This document shows positions 39,486 through 50,449 of a stretch of 64,000 nucleotides of DNA, in pieces. A program made the translations under genes and the position numbers. Position 1 is the first letter of the stretch. Every line of letters starts with the position of its first letter. The DNA is from Leucoraja ocellata (lineage: Eukaryota). A model generated the notes under the pieces. That model was not told the DNA's origin, made no database searches, and saw only the letters and a list, made by a program, of their open reading frames with translations. The stretch spans positions 1,612,001 through 1,676,000 of the forward strand of contig JAWMAR010000386.1 in assembly GCA_036785375.1 (NCBI GenBank). The letters are read 5' to 3'.

Positions 39486-39688
39486 ATCAGTGCATGTTCC
39501 TTTAACCATAGTGACCTCCCGTATTACTAACCACTCCCCATTGTCTCCAGTATAATTGTAGTGTCCCCACCTCTAGCTCGCTCTCTAGCTCCAGTGATGA
39601 CCACGGACAGCTACAGCATAGTGATTAACAGTTACCTAATAAATAGTTATAGTAAAAGACTTGTGTGTGTGCAGTAAGTCCTTTTACA
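39481..39688 (+). repeat. 3' LTR of Gypsy element
   Basis: Direct repeat of 34956-35163, preceded by the PPT and followed by TSD TTTTC. Confidence 0.97.
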
Positions 39689-40189
39689 TTTTCTATGCAT
39701 CTATGTAGTCAATCTTAGTCAGTAATCGTATTACATTGTAATTTTATTCATATATTGGTCTTTTTGAGGAATGTCTGTCATTTTATTGCCAACAGGAGGA
39801 GTACATATTTGCAGTGCAAAGTTTATCTGATTATGTGCAACTGTACAATAAGCTACCCATTGTTCCACTTGTAAGTTTAAAAACAAAATACTAAATGGAG
39901 GCAGAATGTGCCTTGGGCAGTGGAATGTAGACAATAGCAAACTGACAGCTTGCTTTATGCTCTGCCACATTTCCAAGGCATTTGAAATGAGGAATTCAGA
40001 AAGGGATGCTTGGAGCTGCATCCAACATGCCTTAAAATGAGGCACCAACCTTAAGAATCTACAACACAAAATTCCATGCACGCTAAACAAATCTAAAAGC
40101 CACAGCTAAATGAATACCCAACCAAAAGCTCGGAAGCAAAACTCTGTATTCCTGCTCTTCCTAACTCCGAATGGTGATAGACAATTAAA

Positions 40190-40702
40190 AGAAGAAGTGC
40201 TCTGATCGCTGGCCCGCGGACTATAACATCCTGAAGCCACGGTCGACGGAGATTCTAGCCGTGGGCGCGGAGTGCACTTTCCATCGCGCAGTCTGGGATC
40301 CCTTGCCGGGGATCGTCAAAGAAGAGCTCTGACCGCTAGCCTGCGGCCTATAACATTGTGAAGCCGCTGTCTCCGGTAGGAAGCGGCCGATTCGGGACGT
40401 CCAAGCCGCAGAGTGTCCGTCTGTCCCGATATCGGAGTTTCGAGCATCCCGACGAGAGGGCCTGTACATCGGGCCGTCCGTAGCGGTGACTGCAGAGGGT
40501 TCACGGTCCCGAGCATTGATGAACAAAGGAGGAGGACCTTGCCTTCCATCACTGTGAAGAATGTTGATTCCACTGTGGTGGATGTTCATGTTATATTATA
40601 TTGTGTATTGTGCTCTTTTGTTTGTATGGCTGCATGGTCAATCAAATTCCACTGTGCCTTAATTGGTGCATGAGGCAATAAATGTGAACAAACTTTAACT
40701 TG
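40190..40702 (+). mobile_element. Non-coding retroposon with GC-rich repeated units and LINE-like 3' tail
   Basis: Repeats gcggactataacatcctgaagcc / gcggcctataacattgtgaagcc, then aaattccactgtgccttaattggtgcatgaggcaataaa...acttg, resembling the Rex1 3' end at 7165-7230. Confidence 0.55.
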
Positions 40703-41579
40703 GAAAGTGAATGGGAAGAAGGACTTTAGTAGTAGAACTGGACAGCATGGAAACAGGCCTTCGGTCCATCTTATCCATGCCAACCAAGTGGCATTCTGGG
40801 CTAGTCCCATTTGCCTGCATTTGGCCACAGACCTCTCAAGCATTCCTGTCCATATACCTGTCCAAATGTTTTTTAAAAGACACAGGAGGACAAACCAAAG
40901 ACATGAAATGGTTAATGGAAAATCCCAACAGTGATATATTAAAGATAATAAATTGCTTAGGGAAAGAATTGATTCCCTTAAAGATCAGCAAATTCATCTT
41001 TGAGTGGAGGCAAGGGGAATATTAAATAATTACTTCTCTTCCATTTTTCTGAGAAGAGTCGAGTCTAGAGTCAAGAGTGTTTTATTTCCTTATGCCCCAG
41101 ATAGAACAATTAAATTCTTACTTGCTGCCGCACAACAGAATAATGGAAACGTCACCCATTCCTTCTCTCCAAAGATGCTGCCTGTCCTGCTGAGTTTCTC
41201 CAGCATTTTGAGGCTAAAGGTGTACCGTTATTTAAGAAGGACACCAAAGACAAGCCAGGTAATTACAGGCATGTGAGCCTAATGCTTAGTTTAGTTTAGT
41301 TTAGACTCGAGCTAAGTAAGTAAGTAAGTAAGTTTATTGGCCAAGTATTCACATACAAGGAATTTCCCTTGGTGCTCCGCCCACAAGTAACAACATGACA
41401 TACAGTGACAGTTACGAATGACTCAGAAAACACTAAACATTCATAATAATAAAATATTAATGATAAAACACCATTGATCAAGCATGTGAACCAACAAAAT
41501 ACCAGATCAAAGGGAGGCTACAGATTTTTGGCCGTTGAGTAGAGCAACTACTCATGGATAAATCTTTATCCACCATGGA

Positions 41580-41885
41580 ATACACCATGGAAACAGGCCC
41601 TTTGGCCCACTGAGTCTGTGCTGGCCAGTGATCCCCGCATATTAACAATATCCTGCACTAGGGACAAATTTTACATTTATTTTAAATACCAAGCCAATTA
41701 ACCTATAAATCTGTATGTCTTTGGAATGTGGGAGGAAACCAAAGTTTTCTGAGAAAACCCATGCAGGTCACTGGGAGAACATACAAACCCCATACAGACA
41801 AGCACTCGTAGCCAGGATCGAACCCGGCTCTCTGGCGCTGTAAGCACTGTAAGGCAGCAACTCTACCGCTGTGCCACCATGCTAT
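41580..41885 (-). mobile_element. V-SINE (HE1-like); its tail at 41286-41305 is separated by a LINE 3' fragment (41312-41565) with (ACTT)n tail
   Basis: Reverse-strand SINE body. (ttagt)n at 41286 followed by (aagt)n-tttattg, i.e. AATAAA plus microsatellite tail on the minus strand. Confidence 0.75.
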
Positions 41886-41889
41886 CAAT

Positions 41890-42875
41890 AGGAAAGTTGT
41901 GGGAGGAAATTCTTAGGGACAGGGTTTATCAGCATATGGATAGACACTGACTGATTAGGGATAGTGCAAGTCTCCCAAATCTGATAGCTTTTTTTGAAGA
42001 GGGTCACAAAAAGGATTAATAAGGGCAAGGTAATGGACATTATGTGTATGGACTTTATCAAGGTTTTTTTCTGGAAGTGTAGATCACATGGAATGCAAAG
42101 CGAGTGAATTAGATTCAAAAATTGGCTTGGAGGAGGTGTCAAAGGGCATTTGTGAAAGGGTGTTTTTCTGAATGGAGGCCTATGACCAGTGGTGTGCCAC
42201 AGGGGTTGGTGCTGGGTCCACTGCTGTTTGTTATATACATTAATGATTTGAATGACAATGCAGTTTACATTGTTAGTAAATTTGCAGACAATACCAAAAT
42301 TGGTGTTATAGTAAATGGTGAAAGAGAATATCTAATGGCCCTGTCCCACGGTACGAGTTCATTCCAAGAGTTTAATTCTCCCGAGTTTTAAAAAAATCAA
42401 ACTTGTGGTAAGGATGGAGAATGAACGTAGCGGGTATGTCGGAGCTCGGGGATGTCTCTTAGCGGCTCCTACGCTAATGGCAGGTACTTGGGAAGACTCG
42501 CTAACGGCAGGTAAGCTCGGGAAGACTCGTGAAGATTTTTCAACATGTTGAAAAATGTCCACAAGAGCCCCGAGTACCACCGAGCGGCCATTAACGTAAA
42601 TCTCCGATTTCGAATCGGGGCAAACTTTGGCGAGCTCTTGGAATGAACTGGTACCGTGGGACAAGGCCATTAGTTTACAACAAGATCCAGATTAGCTGGA
42701 GAGGTAGACCAAAGAATGGCAAATGGGATTTAACTCGGACTCAGATGCTAAACTTTGGTTTGTCTATCCAGGACAGGATTGCTATATGAAATGACAATGC
42801 CCTGGAGAGTGTTGTAGAACAGAGAAATCAGGGAATATAGGTGCACGTTCTATAAAAGTATTGTCAGTTGAACAG
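41890..42875 (+). mobile_element. CR1 RT fragment interrupted by a MITE
   Basis: TSGVPQGLVLGPLLFVIYINDL...SKFADNTKIG; continues after 42672. Confidence 0.85.
42336..42669. mobile_element. MITE, PIF/Harbinger-like, inserted in CR1
   Basis: 35-bp TIRs tggccctgtcccacggtacgagttcattccaagag (2 mismatches); flanked TAA/TTA. Confidence 0.85.
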
Positions 42876-42999
42876 TATGGTAAATTAATTTTATTTCAGA
42901 CTACTGCTGTGACGTTCTCCTTAATTAAAAATGCATCTCTGCCTCCTCTCTTAAGACTAAGCTGATGAGATCCACCATCACAAAATGCAGTCAGCGGTC

Positions 43000-44060
43000 A
43001 ATTAATTTCACTCCCTATGATATTAGAGAATGCTTGAGGACACGGCTAAAGTCACAGACCAGGATAACATTGTGGCAGTGGCATAGAAGACTTGGGCAGG
43101 TTGTAACTTGCTGAACTGTTCCAGTAGCTATAACTGGCATCTACCAACCAATGATCAGATACATCCCATTCACAAAATCCAAGGCAAATCCACTTCAGTT
43201 AATTACTACCCATTCAGTCTACTCTCAATCATCAGTAAAATGATGGGAGTAAAATAAGGTAATTGTCGAGGCAGTTGAACAACATTTACTCTTCAATAAC
43301 CTGCTCAACAAAGTACAGTTTTGGTTCCACCAGGCTTTATCTCATCAGTCTTGGTCTAAATATAGATCAAAGAGCTGAATTTCAGAGGCGAGTTAAGGAC
43401 TGTCTTTAATTTTTTTTAGTTTAGTTTAGGCAGGCCCTTAGGCCCACCGAGTCCATGCCAACCAGCAATCCCTGCACACTAACACTATTCTAGACACTAA
43501 GGGCAATTTTACACGTACACCAAGCCAATTAACCTACAGACCTGTACGTCTTTGAAGTGTGGAAGGAATCAAAGATCTTGGAGGAAACCCATGTGGTCAC
43601 GAGGAGAATGCACAAACTCCATACAGACAGCATTCGTGGTCAGGATGGAACCCGGGTCTCTGCCACATGCAAGCACTGTAAGGCAGCAACTTTACTGCTG
43701 CACCACCATGCCACACTAATATCAAAGCAGAGTTTGATTGAGGGGGCACCAGGGAGCCTGATAAAACTGAAGCTAACAGACAGGAGGAGAAAATCATTCC
43801 GATGGCTGGAGTGATACTTTGTTGCAGAGGAAATGGCTGTAGAGCACCTTCTGCAAATTACACTGCAGTTTCTCACCTCTGTTACTCTAACAGCCTCTCT
43901 CAAACCCGTGACTTCTATCACCAAGTACAAGGAGAGCAGGCACATAAATTCACCGCCACCTGTAAGTTCCCGTCCGATTCACACTTCATCACTGCTCACA
44001 GCCACCTTCCAAAGACCAATTAAGGATGGGCAATAAATGTAATCCTTGTCAGCATCTACT
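43000..44060 (+). mobile_element. Old CR1-group LINE remnants interrupted by a SINE
   Basis: aattactacccattcagtctactctcaatcatcagtaaaatgatg (NYxPxSLLSIISKMM) and cagttttggttcc (QFGF). 3' end ...ggatgggcaataaatg; a related 3' piece lies at ~31880-32140. Confidence 0.55.
43415..43712 (-). mobile_element. V-SINE (HE1-like)
   Basis: (ttagt)n tail, core, tRNA head. Confidence 0.85.
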
Positions 44061-44271
44061 ACATCACTAAAAAAATACATTGAACATTGAAGATCAGGTT
44101 GTTGATTCAGTGGCACCATTTTTTGCTATTGCCAAATTAAATTTCCACCCACAGATTTAGGAATATATGAAGTAGATTATTTTACCCTTCAATCTTTCTT
44201 TATTTTACAGTGAAATCCTGATCTTTCTGAATCTATTTTTGTCCATTTGTTTCTTATTCATTAAGGTTAAG

Positions 44272-44660
44272 GTGGGACTTGATAGCGGTCTTTAAAATGA
44301 TGAGAGGGATAGACAGAGTTGACGTGGACAAGCGTTTCCCCATTGAGAGTAGGGAAGATTCAAACAAGAGGACATGACTTGACAATTAAGGGACAGAAGT
44401 TTAGGGGTAACATGAGGGGGAACTTCTTTACTCAGAGAGTGGTAGCTGTGTGGAATGAACTTCCAGTGGAAGTGGTGGAGGCAGGTTCAATTTTATAATT
44501 TAAAAATAAATTGGATAGGTATATGGACGGGAAAGGAATGGAGGGTTATGGTCTGAGTGCAGGTAGATGGGACTAGGGGAAAATAAGTTTTCGGCACGGA
44601 ATTGAAGGGCCGAGATGGCCTGTTTTCCGTGCTGTAATTGTTATATGGTTATATGGTTAT
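44272..44660 (+). mobile_element. CR1 3' fragment (subfamily with (atatggtt)n tail)
   Basis: ...FFTQRVVAVWNELPVEVVEAG...KLDRYMDGKGMEGYG; tail gttatatggttatatggttat. The same subfamily's 3' end occurs at ~31520-31640. Confidence 0.88.
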
Positions 44661-44989
44661 AACATTTTTGACCAGTAAATACTTCACCAAGATAATGTTT
44701 ACTCTTTGTTTTCCAGAAAAGTTGCACCCTTCAACCAAATTTTATGCAAGGATTTATTCCTAACTACTCGAGTGACCTGGCTGTGATTTTAAGACGACTG
44801 GCTCGTAACTTAGATTATTGAAAATAAGTTATGTTGTTCCACCTAAACGTTCCATTTCAAATTCTCAGCATTTCAACTAAAATCACCCCAACTTTCTTTT
44901 GCAGAAATACAAACCTCATTTGAGTGTATCTCTATGCAGACCCCGGAAAACTGGTGATTTTTCTCTTTTCCTCAAGACATAATTTATTC

Positions 44990-45217
44990 TTCCAATGCTC
45001 CACAACATTCCTGCATTTTGTACCTCTAAATGTTCACCTTCCAGCTCAGGTGCAACTCATCCTTCTTGTATAGGTCACTTCTGCACCCGAAGATATCTCA
45101 ATGATCCAAAAAATTGAATCCTTGCCCCTTGCACCAACTCTTCCTCTGTGCATTAATCCGTTCTATCTTCCCATTCTTACCCTCACTCACATGCAGTGGA
45201 AGTAAGCCTGAGATTAT
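44990..45217 (-). mobile_element. CR1 ORF1 (SGNH esterase) fragment running into assembly gap
   Basis: IISGLLP...NGKIERINA..KSWCKGQGFNFLDH, then DLYKKDELHLSWKG. Confidence 0.75.
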
Positions 45218-45349
45218 NNNNNNNNNNNNNNNNNNNNNNNNNNNNNNNNNNNNNNNNNNNNNNNNNNNNNNNNNNNNNNNNNNNNNNNNNNNNNNNNNNN
45301 NNNNNNNNNNNNNNNNNNNNNNNNNNNNNNNNNNNNNNNNNNNNNNNNN
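45218..45349. other. Assembly gap (132 N)
   Basis: Run of N. Confidence 0.99.
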
Positions 45350-45520
45350 GAGCAAGAGTAAACAATGAGAGAATGAAAGAGTGAGAGAGAGAATGAGAGA
45401 TCAAGAGAGAGCAAAGAGAGAGAGAACGAGAGAGAGCGAAAGAGAATTAGAGAGAGCGAAAGAGAGAGAAAGAGCAAAAGAGAAAGCGAGCGAAAGAACG
45501 AGCAAGCACGAAAGAGAGAT
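45350..45520. repeat. GA-rich low-complexity tract beside gap
   Basis: Direct observation. Confidence 0.9.
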
Positions 45521-46744
45521 CATAAATCAAAGAGTAAGGATAATCTATAAATATTATTTTATAAAATGCACAGGATCATTGGTAAAATTCATGGTCGAGT
45601 TCTTTAAATTCCTTGCCATCACGATGCTCATGAGAAGGTTGGCAATGACTTCTGTTTCCAGGGGGCTAATAATAAAATGCTGGAAATCACAGATGAGGTG
45701 AATTGGAATGTCATATACATCTTCATCACCCTGAAATCTTGGGATTTGTTCACAATATTATTTTTCCAACAATATCTGGTACAATCTGCGAATATTAATT
45801 ATTGAATGTTTTTGTCCCTCCAAAAACTATCATTAATTTTCTACATTAGTTCACGTTAAGACTAGCCTTGCTTTGTAGTTCATCAATCATTTGAATGTAA
45901 TTGTCCACGTCTGGCTGCATTAATGAAAATGGATGATTTTATTTGGCATAAGCTCATTAGGCATTGCAGAAGCATTAAAGTATCATTAGTTCATGGTTAA
46001 AGGTGACTAATTGTTCATTTCTAGTAACAAACATAGCATCAGAATAACTTGCTCACTTTAAAACCACACCTCCCCTTCCAATTAATATGAAATTAGGTTT
46101 TAATTTTTCAAGCAAAGAAGAAAATTGTCATAAATGGAACAATTCATAAGGGGAAAGTAATTCAATTTTGTCAATGCAAGTTCAGTGTCTAATCTCTTAG
46201 AGCATTGTGTCATTGGAAGCCATAGATAACATATTTGATAGCGAGAATTACCGAAAGATTGATATAATGCTGCAAATACTCACCTCAGTAATACTTTGTA
46301 GTCTCAACAGTGTGTAACTCAACAGATCAGGCAACATCCCAAGAGAACATGAATAGGTGCACTTTGGGTTTTGGGTTTAGGGATGGTTTTAAAATCCATG
46401 CAGATTTTGATTGAGTTGTTTGCAATATTGCGAGGAAATCTCCCTTTGAGATCCACGCGGATCTGCTGGAAGATGTGCTAATTAATGGATTCATTCTTGA
46501 GAGGAGACTGTAGTACAACCTAACCCAGCAGAGAGAAGCCCTGCACGACTTAAGAGTCAAGGACCAGGAACCACAGCAGACTTCCCTGAACTCAGGCTAC
46601 GGCAACCACACACTGACCTTGCGGTACATTAAACGTTGGAAGAAAGAGCTTTATAGGTCCTTTCTCACCTAAATCACATTCAATTTTGAGTTGGTTAGCG
46701 AGACAATATCTGAATCTGGTTATTAAACATAGAAAACTAAAATA

Positions 46745-48430
46745 CAGGTGCACAACCTATTATCCGACGATCCAAATAACGAAAACCTCCGAATAGCGAC
46801 ATTTTTTCAGTCCTTGAAGAAAGGTCCTCGAAAACGTTCACCGAGGACGGCCCGCAGAGGTGACAGCGGAACCTCCGGTCGGTCCTCGAAGAAAGGGGAA
46901 CTAAATCCCCATTCATAAAAGAGAAGGTGAGGGTATATTGCGCGGGAGGGTTAATAATTGACAATCTGCTGCTGCCTGCCCGCTGAGGTTAAAAAGTTCC
47001 CACGGTAGACTCACGATACACAGTGTATCATGAGTCTTGCGTGGGAACTTTTTTAACTCAGCGGGCAGCAGCAAATTGTCGCTCCCTTCAGTTTCACCCC
47101 ACTTACACCCCTCTGCTTCCCGGCCATGTGTGTGACCCCTTCCCTCCCCTCTCCAGCTCCCCGCGCATTGCACCGGCGCGGGGGTTTTGCACTGTCTTCA
47201 CGTCGGAGCCAGTGCCAGTCACCGGAGACGTCAGGACCAACGGGACACCGGCCCCCAGGCCCACTGCAAGCACGGAGATCCCAGAGACCCACAGCCAGCA
47301 GCAGCCCAGCCCCGTTCCAATTCCAGAGGAACACGCTCCCCGTAGGGACCGAAGCTGATGGTGTGCAAGGTGCGTCTTGGCCTTGAGGTTGCGGATGAGG
47401 GGGCGCAGCTCGGGCTGTGACGTCTCCGGCCACCCCCCTGTACAGGAGCTGAGACTGGGAACTGTGGAGTTGTTTGCAGTTGCAGAGGGAGGGGGCAAGG
47501 GCGGTACAGTTCCCAGTCTCAGCTCCATTCCAGGGGGGTGACCGGAGACGTCAGGACCAACGGGACACCGACTGCAAGCACGGAGATCCCATAGACTCAC
47601 AGCCAGCAGCAACTTTAGCCCAGCCCCGCTCCAACTCCAGAGGAACCCGGGTTGCGGATGAGGGGGCGCAGCTCGGGCTGTGGGCGAAGTGCCACTTGTC
47701 GCTGTAGCGGTGCATCGGGGAGCGGGTTCTTGTTCATCCTGACGTCTCCGGCCATCCCCCTGGACAGGAGCTGAGAGACGTCAGGACCACCAGAAGCCGC
47801 TCCCCGATGCGCCGCTACAGCGACAAGTGGCAGTTCGCCCACAGCCCGAGCTGTGCCCCCTCATCTGGACACCGACCCCCAGGCCCACTGCAAGCACGGA
47901 GATCCCAGAGACTCACAGCCAGCAACAACTCTAGCCCAGCCCCGCTCCAACTCCAGAGGAACCCGGGTTGCGGATGAGGGGGCGCAGCTCGGGCTGTGGG
48001 CGAACTGCCACTTGTCGCCGTAGCGGCCCATCGGGGAGCGGATTCCTCTGGAGTTGGGAGGGACAGGGAGACACATCGGCTTTTGAGAATGGTGGGCAAT
48101 CACTTCCAAACTTCTGCCCACATACTCAGTACACCTCTCCTACACTTGTCTCCCGCACTAAGATCATCTCGCAGAGAAGGATCCCAGCCTAACCCTCCCT
48201 ATTCTCTCCTATTCTGCAAGAAAAACCTACATTGAAGACTCAAACTCGCGATCGAGTAACTGCCGGGATCGAGGCGCAAACTCGCGACCTTACGGATATG
48301 AGCCGAGCACTCTACCACTGAGCCAGCCGTTAAAATCTACGCTAAAAATCTTCCATTCCGAAAACCGAAAAATTCTGAATTACGAAAAGTGACTGGTCCC
48401 AAGGCTTTCGGATAAAAGGTTGTGCACCTG
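46745..48430. mobile_element. Non-autonomous Tc1/mariner (Tigger/pogo-like) DNA transposon, 1686 bp, with mosaic GC-rich interior
   Basis: TIRs caggtgcacaacctattatccga / tcggataaaaggttgtgcacctg (one mismatch); TA on both sides (46743-44, 48431-32); no transposase ORF. Confidence 0.88.
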
Positions 48431-50449
48431 TATAACAAAGAATTCTTCAAAGTTCCAAGATGTTAGTAGAAAAGCAAATCTCAACAAGTTCTCTCAAAAT
48501 TTTCTAATAGTCTACGATCCAAAAATTTAACTTGCAAAATCCTCGAGTATTTTTCATTAAAGAAGTGTAAACAGCAGATTTGATATGAAATTGTGGCATT
48601 GAATTTATCCATTACATTCAATCATTGATTACACAAGGAGAATTTCACAGCTATTTCATTTCGATTTCATTTCAATGCATTTCGTTGTTAATGCATTTCG
48701 TTGTCTCTGTACTGTACACTGACAATGACAATTAAAATTGAATCTGAATCTGAATCTGAGGTACAAATATTAAGTTGGTAGAATAATCTAACTGCACCAG
48801 GATGAACAAAAAAGGACAATTTCAATAGATACAAGACATAAGATGCATTTGATAAATACAAACTCTCTCCTTGATTCCATTCTCATTTGCATGGATTCTA
48901 AATTAAAGTTAGAAAGGAATGCACAATATATTGATGATTCCAATGAAAGATTATTAATCTGAACCACTTACTCTGTTTGTCTCTTCACAGAGGCAGTTTG
49001 ATCTGCTGATAATTTTCAGCATATGCTATATTATTATAGTTTCCTACAATCCACAGAACTTGCTTTTGCATTATTGGTTCAGATTGATTACCTAACATGT
49101 GTTGACTCTACCTTGATGAAGAGTTGTCTTTCTGGCAGTGCATAACTTTGCAAACACTAGCGGTGAATCATTTTCTCAAATCAAACAATTCCTTTGATAG
49201 AAACACAATTTTCTTCCCCCATGGTACCAACTTTGATATTGTACTTGCAAAGAGATTCTGTGGCAAAGCAGATGCAGGAGTTAACATATCTGGTCAGCAG
49301 AAGCAACAAGGCAAGTTCTAACATAAGATGCAAAGTCATTGAGTATAGGGAGGAACTGCAGATGCTGGTTTAAACTGAAGACAGAAACAAAAGACTGGAG
49401 TAACTCAGCGAGTCCCGTGAAGTTACTCCAACCTTTTGTATCTGCAAAGTCATTAAGTTGGGGAATGATTTCCTGAAAGCATCAATGTGCACCCCTGATA
49501 TTTTCCTCTAGTCAGTCCACAAAACTCTGGACATACTGAACTGTTGAAAATAAGACCAATAAAAGGCCAGAAGTCTAATGGTACGTAACTGAATTGTGAG
49601 GAAGAACTTGAGAAAAATGATTGGCCTCAACAAATATATTTGCAAATTATCCAGAATAATGATGTGAACTTCAGCTAATTAAGTTTTCAAAGATGAATGA
49701 ATGGACACATTAACTTCCTTTCCTGCAAAACAGCAGAGTTGCTTTATTGAGCTTTGTGGATGAAAGTTCCAACCTAAACCAATTCCGAAAGGCTAATTAC
49801 GATCCATGGTGCAATTTCACGTTCAGCATTGGTAAGCACTATCTTTGCAATGACCATCTTTTGGCTTCATCCTTTTCCTAAAGAATCTGCTTGTGCTTCC
49901 ATTTTGATTGTTCTATTCATTCATTTTCAACCACCACTCCTTCCTTTTGATGTGCTTTCAAAATTGTTTTTAAGCCCTCAAAATGCCTTTAAATTTTAGA
50001 CGACAGCTCTTTTAAGCGCTGTAGGTTTTAATATTTTGTGAACCTTTTCATCTCCCACGATTCAACACCAATGCTGTAGAATTCAACAAGGCTAGTGTGT
50101 GAATCAGCTTAAGTTGCTGATTTAGCCTTGTGATGGTATCCCAATGCACAAAGATATAAAACTGTTATCATCACTTCTCTAACCAGCTGAAAGGTGTTAA
50201 TTGGCAAGTTGAGCTTTCTAGCACTTAAAGACGAATACGTTGATTGCAATTATATTTTCTACTTAAAGGCAAAAGTACAGTTAATTGTACCAGCAGTATG
50301 CACATTCTATGGTCAATTTAGAATTAAGCTGCCTAATGCAATGTAACTTCATGAATTTGCAATTGTTTCAAAGCGACCGATCGTAGTTATGAGCATGAAG
50401 GGACTGCAGATGCTGGTTTACATCGAAGATAAATACAAAATGCTGGAGA

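Larger units (their letters stand above)
34956..39688 (+). mobile_element. Full-length Gypsy/Ty3 LTR retrotransposon (4733 bp), K02A2.6/Mag-like
   Basis: Two 208-bp TG...CA LTRs. TSD TTTTC at 34951-34955 and 39689-39693. PBS-like TGGTGTCA directly after the 5' LTR and polypurine tract AGAGGAAGGA (39471-39480) before the 3' LTR. Domain order gag-PR-RT-RH-IN. The clade label is an inference. Confidence 0.97.

Noticed and set aside
47023-48235. Many overlapping 75-170 aa ORFs in the TcMar-type element
   Set aside because: GC-rich repeats lack stops by composition; no DDE or HTH motif seen.
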